A stretch of 64,000 nucleotides of DNA from Treponema sp. Lineage in GTDB: Bacteria > Spirochaetota > Spirochaetia > Treponematales > Breznakiellaceae. Numbering within the stretch: the first letter of the stretch is position 1; each line of letters opens with the position of its first letter. Of the stretch, positions 57,798 through 64,000 are shown piece after piece. Under the pieces are notes generated by a model. That model made no database searches. It worked only from the letters and a program-made list of their open reading frames with translations, and had not been told where the DNA came from. Location of the stretch: NCBI GenBank assembly GCA_031276965.1, contig JAISMC010000051.1, positions 2,427 to 66,426 of the forward strand. Direction: 5' to 3'. The translations under genes were made by a program, and so were the position numbers.

Positions 57798-58910
57798 ATG
57801 AAACTTACTTATTATATGCCCACCAGGCTTGTGATGGGCGAGGATTGTATCTTTGAAAACCGGGATCTCCTGATCGGACTAGGTAAAAAGGCCCTGATTG
57901 TAACGGGGGAAAATTCCGCCAAGGCCAGCGGTTCCCTGGCGGATATGGTGAAGGCCCTGGAGGCCAACGGCCAGACCTATGCGCTCTACGACAAGGTAAT
58001 GAGCAACCCCACGGTGGACTGCGTTTTCGAAGCCGCGGAGCTGGCAAAAAGCGGGGGCTGCAGCTTTGTTGCCGCCCTGGGGGGCGGTTCCCCCATGGAC
58101 GCCGCCAAGGCCGCCGCCGCCCTGGCGCTGACCAAAGTAGAGAAGGCCGGCGTGTTCGGCGCCCGCCTGACGGAAGCCCTGCCGGTGGCGGCGGTCCCCA
58201 CCACCGCGGGAACCGGCTCTGAAGTTACCCAGTATGCCATCCTGACCAACGACGCCGCGGGGACCAAGACCTCCGTGGCTGCCCCCGCGCTGTTTCCCCG
58301 CTTCGCCTTCCTCGACGCCCGGTATACGGCCGGTCTTAACCGGAATATAACGGTAAACACCGCTATAGACGCCCTTTCCCATGCGGTAGAGGGCATGCTG
58401 TCGGTCCGGGCGTCGGCGCTCAGCGACGCCCTGGCCCGGGAAAGCATTGCCGCCATAGCGGGCTGTCTTCCCGTCCTGGAGGCCGCCGGGACCATCGATA
58501 TGGATACCCGCCGGAAGCTGCTCTACGCTTCCACTCTGGCGGGTATGGTGATTGCCAATACGGGCACCACCGCCGTTCACGCCATGGGCTACCTCCTCAC
58601 CTACAACAAGAACATCGATCATGGCCGGGCCAACGGTCTTCTCTTCACCCATTTCCTTAAATTTATAGAAGAAAAGGAAAAAATCCCCGGTTCCCGGCGC
58701 ATTCCCGCCATTTTATCCGCCCTGGGTATGCAAAATCTGGACGAATTGGGCAGGAGTCTGGACAAACTGCTGGGCACCCGGGAAAAATGTATCCCCGCCG
58801 AGCTTGAACAGTACGCCGAAACCGCCATCAAGGCAAAAAATATCTCAAACTGCGTGATCCGGGCTGATCGGGAGGATCTCTTAGCGATCTTTACAAAATC
58901 GGTAGGTTAA
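57798..58910 (+). CDS. iron-containing alcohol dehydrogenase family protein
   Basis: GGGSPMDAAKA signature; 370 aa. Confidence 0.85.
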   Translation: MKLTYYMPTRLVMGEDCIFENRDLLIGLGKKALIVTGENSAKASGSLADMVKALEANGQTYALYDKVMSNPTVDCVFEAAELAKSGGCSFVAALGGGSPMDAAKAAAALALTKVEKAGVFGARLTEALPVAAVPTTAGTGSEVTQYAILTNDAAGTKTSVAAPALFPRFAFLDARYTAGLNRNITVNTAIDALSHAVEGMLSVRASALSDALARESIAAIAGCLPVLEAAGTIDMDTRRKLLYASTLAGMVIANTGTTAVHAMGYLLTYNKNIDHGRANGLLFTHFLKFIEEKEKIPGSRRIPAILSALGMQNLDELGRSLDKLLGTREKCIPAELEQYAETAIKAKNISNCVIRADREDLLAIFTKSVG

Positions 58911-58946
58911 AGGGACCGTATTTTGAGCCAAAGGCCCGCCCTTTGC

Positions 58947-60137
58947 CTATATTGAAAGCTCCGCAAGCTGCTTCCGGTAGGCTTCAATATAGGGGGCCAG
59001 TTTTTCCCGTTTTTCCCCCCGCCTGGTTTCGTAGCAGGTTCCCCCCACGGTAAAACATGCGAAGCCTCCTGCGGCGGTCCCCAGGATGACGCATTCCCGC
59101 AGATCCGCCTTTCCCCGGGGAAGCACCTCAAGCTGTTCCGCCAAGCCGGCGATGATGCCGCCGGCGAAGTTGTCCCCGCAGCCGGTGGTATCTCCCCGCC
59201 GTTCGGGGTGGGCGGCCAGTTCCCGGTTGACTTCTTCGCATACCGGCATAGATTGCAGTTCCAGGGGGGCAAAGACTCCCTTTCCCGCCGCCAGTCTAAC
59301 CGCCCGGGCTCCTTCGGTAACAACTACCGCCCCCGTCCCCTGGGCGAGGAACCAGCGGATTGCCTCTTCCGCCGAAGCGGTCCCGGAGGTTTTAAGGGCC
59401 TCATCCCGGTCCGCAACGAGGATATCAATATAGGGATAGGCGTCGTCTCCGGCGCCGAGTTTCCACTTTTTGCCCGGAGCGGTAATTTCGCTGCGGAAGT
59501 CGTAGACCAGATTTACCAGGGTAACCGCCCCCCTATTCCGGGCCCGCTTGAGCAGGTCCGTAAGGCCGTCGTGTATGGGAGGGACCAGGCCGGTTCCCCC
59601 AAAGGCCGTAATGCCGGCATCAAAAAAACCGTCCTCCAGATCTTCAGGGTAAAAAGAACCCGCCGCCCCGATAAGGTTGATAAAGATCCGTTCCCCATGG
59701 CCGTTGTCGTAGCTGGGGTCCGAGATTACATCGGTCCTGGGAGAGGCCTCTTCTTTCCTCAAGAGACGGTACTCTTTGAAGGGAAGCCGGCTAAGGGCGG
59801 ATTCCACAAAATCGCTCAGTATATCGGCCCCCCGGATGCCGAAAAACCGTACCTCGGCTTTATCCTCCAGCATTTGGGCCGCATGGGCCAGGGACACCAC
59901 CGAAGGCCCCCCCAAATTACGGGAACTGGGATCTGCGCCGCCGGTTATCAGAGAAAGAGCGCTTTCATAGGGCCGGCCCATAAAACGCTCAAAATCCCCG
60001 GCAAAAACCAGCCGCCCCGGAGTAAGGCCTCCGTCTCCTTCCCTTCGCGAAAGGGCCCCCTGAAAAGCGGGGGTAGAAAAATCACTCCGGGCGTATAAAA
60101 TATCCACCAGGCAGCAGCCCGTTCCATGAATCACCAT
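58947..60137 (-). CDS. PfkB-family carbohydrate kinase
   Basis: C-terminal DTTGCGDNFAGG signature; 396 aa. Confidence 0.8.
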   Translation of the reverse strand: MVIHGTGCCLVDILYARSDFSTPAFQGALSRREGDGGLTPGRLVFAGDFERFMGRPYESALSLITGGADPSSRNLGGPSVVSLAHAAQMLEDKAEVRFFGIRGADILSDFVESALSRLPFKEYRLLRKEEASPRTDVISDPSYDNGHGERIFINLIGAAGSFYPEDLEDGFFDAGITAFGGTGLVPPIHDGLTDLLKRARNRGAVTLVNLVYDFRSEITAPGKKWKLGAGDDAYPYIDILVADRDEALKTSGTASAEEAIRWFLAQGTGAVVVTEGARAVRLAAGKGVFAPLELQSMPVCEEVNRELAAHPERRGDTTGCGDNFAGGIIAGLAEQLEVLPRGKADLRECVILGTAAGGFACFTVGGTCYETRRGEKREKLAPYIEAYRKQLAELSI

Positions 60138-60146
60138 GGTTTCCTC

Positions 60147-61268
60147 CTATAATTGTTTAATAAAAGGCCGTACAAATAAAAGCGCCGCCCCGACCGCCGA
60201 CGCCTCTCTCTTATAGGTACAGGCGGTAATATAATCCTCGTTACCCCAAAAAGTGGTAACCTCGGCAACGGATCGCCGGATTTCATCAATATAAGGCTCC
60301 AGATATTCCCCCAAATAACCTCCTAAAATCACTTTACAGTCAAAAGGAACCACCAGATTATTGATAGCGGTGGTAAGGTAGGACAAATACTGATCCCACA
60401 CGATCTGCAGACTTTTGTCCCCTGTTCTAAGCCCCTCAAAAAATGCCCCCAAATTCCCCCCGGTATGTCTGGACAAAACCTGGGCGGAACAGTAGGCGTC
60501 TACGCAGCCCTTACGCCCGCAGTAACAGGGCAGGCCGTCCCGGACCAGGGTCATGTGTCCAAATTCGCCCCCCCGCTGATTTTCACCAAGGTAGAGCTCG
60601 TTGTTTAAGAAAATAGCCCCCCCCACATAGTCGCTCAGAGACAGATAAGCCGCATTTTCCTGAGATTTACACTGCCATGTTTCGGCAATGCCTGCAGCAT
60701 TGGCATCGTTGCTTAATTCCGTGGGATAGGGAAGCCCCCGGCCAATGGTGGAACATTGGAGGGCTGAGACCTGGAGCACATGGGAATAAATGAGCATCTG
60801 GCCGTTCCTGGCGAGGATGCCGGGAATGGAAAAACCCGCCCCCAGAATGACATCTTCCCGTATTCCGGAAACAACGATCAGCTGTTTTATCAGTTGGACC
60901 ATTTCCAAATAATAGGCGGGGGTGTTTTCATAAAGTTTTTCAATTTTGATACTTTCTATTATTTCTCCGGCAAGGTTGATGAGAACAATGCTGATATGGT
61001 TCCTGGTAATATCTGTGCCAATAGCGAACCGGGCGTTTTTTTCATAAGTAATAGAAACGGCCTTACGTCCGCCGGTGGATTCCATTACCCCCCCTTCCTT
61101 TAGCAGCCCTTCTTGTTGAAGGTTTTTTACATTTTGTATGACCGTTGGAAGGCTTATCCCCAGCCGGGTGGCAATTTCAGGCTTGGAAATGCTCCCCTGC
61201 TGATATACCAATTGATAAACCCGGTTGCGGTTAGTTTGTTTTTCTGCGGAAATTGAGTCGTATTTCAT
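60147..61268 (-). CDS. ROK-family transcriptional regulator (HTH + ROK sugar-kinase fold)
   Basis: N-terminal wHTH (ISKPEIATRLGISLPTVIQNV) and ROK zinc motif CYCGRKGCVDAY. Confidence 0.85.
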   Translation of the reverse strand: MKYDSISAEKQTNRNRVYQLVYQQGSISKPEIATRLGISLPTVIQNVKNLQQEGLLKEGGVMESTGGRKAVSITYEKNARFAIGTDITRNHISIVLINLAGEIIESIKIEKLYENTPAYYLEMVQLIKQLIVVSGIREDVILGAGFSIPGILARNGQMLIYSHVLQVSALQCSTIGRGLPYPTELSNDANAAGIAETWQCKSQENAAYLSLSDYVGGAIFLNNELYLGENQRGGEFGHMTLVRDGLPCYCGRKGCVDAYCSAQVLSRHTGGNLGAFFEGLRTGDKSLQIVWDQYLSYLTTAINNLVVPFDCKVILGGYLGEYLEPYIDEIRRSVAEVTTFWGNEDYITACTYKREASAVGAALLFVRPFIKQL

Positions 61269-61419
61269 ATTTTCCCATAAAAATATAATCTTTTCTGTTT
61301 TACCATAATAGCTATATATAAACTAATTTATTAAGTATTTCAATAGCAAATAAGGAATTAGACTTATCGAACCAGAATTTTTTAATTATTCCCTTAAAAA
61401 AGATACTAAAAAAATTTAG

Positions 61420-61447
61420 TTGACAAAAATCGAATAAAGGATATAAA
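61420..61447 (+). promoter_or_regulatory. sigma-70-type promoter of the second sugar ABC cassette
   Basis: TTGACA-16 nt-TATAAA in the AT-rich divergent region. Confidence 0.45.
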
Positions 61448-61503
61448 ATCTTTACAAGATAGTTTATAGAATGTTTTTATCAAAGTAAGGGAAAGCCATT
61501 TTT

Positions 61504-63006
61504 ATGTATGGTAATGAATATTTGCTCAAAATGGAGGGAATAAGTAAAAGTTTTCCAGGTGTTTGTGCCTTGGATAATGCTCAATTTCATCTAAAACCTG
61601 GAACTGTGCATGCCTTAGTCGGAGAGAATGGAGCGGGAAAATCTACTCTTATGAAGATTTTGATAGGAGTGTACCGCCCCGATAAAGGGAAAATAACGCT
61701 GAAGGGGAAAGATATTACTATTAATAATGCAAATGTTGCGCTTGGAATGGGCATTACTATGATCCATCAGGAGTTAATGCCAGTTTTGGACATGAAAGTA
61801 TATGAAAATATCTATTTAGGCCGCGAGCCGACAGGGAAAATATTTCACTTGGTGGACGATCGAACAATGATCCGTAATTGCAAGCAGCTTTTTGGTGAAT
61901 TAGACATTGAGGATATTCCACCAACTGCAAAAATGCGAGATTTGCCCATAGCCTGGATGCAGATGGTGGAAATAGCTAAAGCTTATTCATATAATTCAGA
62001 TTTAATTATCATGGACGAACCGACGAGTACTATTTCCGAGAAAGAAGTGGAAAAATTGTTTCGTATGATTAGAAAATTACGTTCTCGAAATATTGGTATT
62101 ATTTATATTTCTCATCGTATAGATGAAATATTTGAAATTTGTGATGAAATTACCGTGTTTCGTGATGGCAAATTTATTGATACTGATTTAGTCAAAAATA
62201 TGAATCGGAATCGTTTGTATTCGCTAATGGTTGCCAGAGATTTGAGCCGTTATTTCGCCAAAACGGAACATAAATTGGGAGATGTAATTTTTGAAGTTAA
62301 AAATCTTTGTCTGGAAAATAAATTTCATGATGTTTCTTTTTCTTTGCGTCGTGGAGAAATCCTTGGTCTTTGCGGTTTAATAGGCGCTGGACGTACTGAA
62401 ATTGTTGAAACAATTTTTGGAATTCGTAAAGCTACAAGCGGGAAAATATTATACAAAGGGAAGGAGTTACAGATTAAATCTGTTCGGGATGCTATGGCAA
62501 ATGGCATTGCTCTAGCTACTGAAGATAGAAAATATTACGGCCTTTTTTTAGAATTGGATATTAAACAAAATATAACGATCTGTTATCTTGATCATATTTC
62601 GAAACATCCGTTTTTAAAGCCGAAAAAAGAAATAGAACTCAGTAGTACCATATCGAAAACCCTAAATGTTAAAACTCCTTCTATGACTCAGTTAGTGCGT
62701 AATTTAAGTGGAGGTAACCAGCAAAAGGTAGTTCTTGCTAAATGGCTTCTTTCCGATCCTGATATATTGATATTGGATGAGCCGACTAGGGGTATTGATG
62801 TAGGTGCGAAAAGTGAGATTTACAGCATTATGGATAATCTTACTAAACAGGGTAAGTCGATTGTTATGATCTCTTCGGAAATGCCGGAAGTTATCGGTAT
62901 GTCAGATAGAATATTGGTAGTCCGAAAAGGCCAAATTTCTGCTGAATTAGATAATCAAGGCCAAAGCGTGACCCAAGAAGATATCATTCGTTATGCGGCG
63001 AATTGA
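61504..63006 (+). CDS. sugar ABC transporter ATP-binding protein (duplicated ABC domains), low-GC paralogue of 23425..24930
   Basis: GENGAGKST and LSGGNQQKV. Collinear similarity to the first cassette. Confidence 0.9.
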   Translation: [500 protein letters not shown]

Positions 63007-63984
63007 TTGTGGAGGCAGAGTATGTTGAACGCCAGCGGTGATATTCTTCAAAAGATGAAAGGCCTTGTGTTTAAATATGGCGTGTATTTTGTATTGGTCG
63101 CAATGATTATAGTTTTGTCCCTGTCAATTCGTTCTTTTTTAACCCCGCGAAATATACTAAATGTTTTACGTCAGATTTCAATGAATACTATTCTGGCCTG
63201 TGGTATGACCTTCGTAATAATCTCCAATGGCATTGATCTTTCTGTGGCATCCACGGTATCTTTAGCAGGCGTTATTGCTTGTTTATTTGCACATCCAGGG
63301 GAGTATCCGTTTATAATATCAATGGTTGTTGTTCTTTTGCTTGGATTTGTGGTTGGTGGGATAAATGGGGTTATTATTTCTCATACCGGTGTTCCGGCCT
63401 TTATTGTTACTTTGGGAACCCAACAAGTTGTCCGTGGCATTGCTTTTATTATCACCAATGGTTCTTCGGTTATCAATCTTTCCAATGAATATCGGTTTAT
63501 AGGGCAGGGAGTGTGGCTTGGAATACCGTTTCCTATTTATATATTGGCTATTATATTTGTAATATCTTATATTTTTCTGCACAAGACAAAATTTGGCCGT
63601 TATGTTTATGCTGTCGGAGGCAATGATCAAGCCGCCAATGTATCAGGTATTAATGTAAAACGTATAAGAGTGTTGGTTTATATTATTGCCAGTATTTTTG
63701 CGGCAATAGTCGGAGTTATTCTTTCTTCCAGAACTAATTCAGCTAATCCCAATGCGGGAATGTCTTATGAATTAGATGCTATTGCAGCAGTTGTTATCGG
63801 CGGGACCAGTATGTCTGGTGGTAAAGGGGTTATGTTGGGGACTGTAATAGGAGCTCTTATGATTGGAATATTAAACAATGGACTGGATCTTATTCAGGTA
63901 TCTTCCTATTTACAACAGGTGATAAAAGGTATCGTTATTATTGGTGCAGTGATGCTTGATAGAATTAATGAAGTACGGAAATGA
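63007..63984 (+). CDS. sugar ABC transporter permease, low-GC paralogue of 24940..25929 (start possibly ATG 63022)
   Basis: Polytopic protein with GIDLSVAS and AIAAVVIGGTSMSGG. Confidence 0.9.
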   Translation: MWRQSMLNASGDILQKMKGLVFKYGVYFVLVAMIIVLSLSIRSFLTPRNILNVLRQISMNTILACGMTFVIISNGIDLSVASTVSLAGVIACLFAHPGEYPFIISMVVVLLLGFVVGGINGVIISHTGVPAFIVTLGTQQVVRGIAFIITNGSSVINLSNEYRFIGQGVWLGIPFPIYILAIIFVISYIFLHKTKFGRYVYAVGGNDQAANVSGINVKRIRVLVYIIASIFAAIVGVILSSRTNSANPNAGMSYELDAIAAVVIGGTSMSGGKGVMLGTVIGALMIGILNNGLDLIQVSSYLQQVIKGIVIIGAVMLDRINEVRK

Positions 63985-64000
63985 CTTTTGAGAATTAAAT

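Overview
This 64-kb window comes from a GC-rich bacterial chromosome. Sampled 60-nt lines are about 60-65 % G+C. It is bracketed by two AT-rich accessory segments at 1-~4100 and ~61270-64000, which are about 30-35 % G+C in sampled lines. The taxon cannot be fixed from sequence alone. The gene content (FapA/DUF342, many TPR proteins, type III glutamine synthetase, Tro/Znu-type metal uptake) fits an anaerobic spirochaete-like organism, but this is low-confidence inference. Core content: pgi, argR, two tRNAs (Arg-TCT, Cys-GCA), an ECF transporter with a fused EcfA-EcfA'-EcfT polypeptide, and a UPF0210/ACT pair. There are also two sugar ABC cassettes with dehydrogenases, a ZnuABC/TroABC-type system, and an ArsR/P1B-ATPase metal-efflux pair. 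A nitrogen module comprises glnN, amtB-glnB and a GAF-AAA+-HTH sigma-54 activator, next to a hybrid histidine kinase. The rest is a complete F1Fo ATP synthase operon, tcdA/ttcA-like/tatD, a livJHMGF operon, and an Fe-ADH/PfkB-kinase/ROK regulator group. I found no single large, obviously novel protein machine. The most interesting signals are mostly non-coding. (1) Near-consensus sigma-54 promoters lie in front of glnN and amtB, together with a 21-nt box (20/21 identical) shared by the two loci. (2) A ~70-nt intergenic repeat family occurs in at least four copies, and a 276-bp MITE-like element with perfect 18-bp terminal inverted repeats sits between the two tRNA genes. (3) A recurrent palindromic box (AAAACCAACnGGsTTTTGrAA) is found in several promoter regions. 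(4) Tandem ARG-box-like sites lie upstream of argR. (5) Back-to-back promoters predict leaderless transcripts for tcdA and the atp operon. (6) An overlapping three-gene operon (TM-TPR-Mrr-like, atypical metallophosphoesterase, ParB/Srx-like) has unknown function. (7) A decayed radical-SAM/SPASM gene and a frameshifted IS1595 transposase sit in the left island. Many long antisense ORFs in the track are GC-driven shadow ORFs and were rejected.
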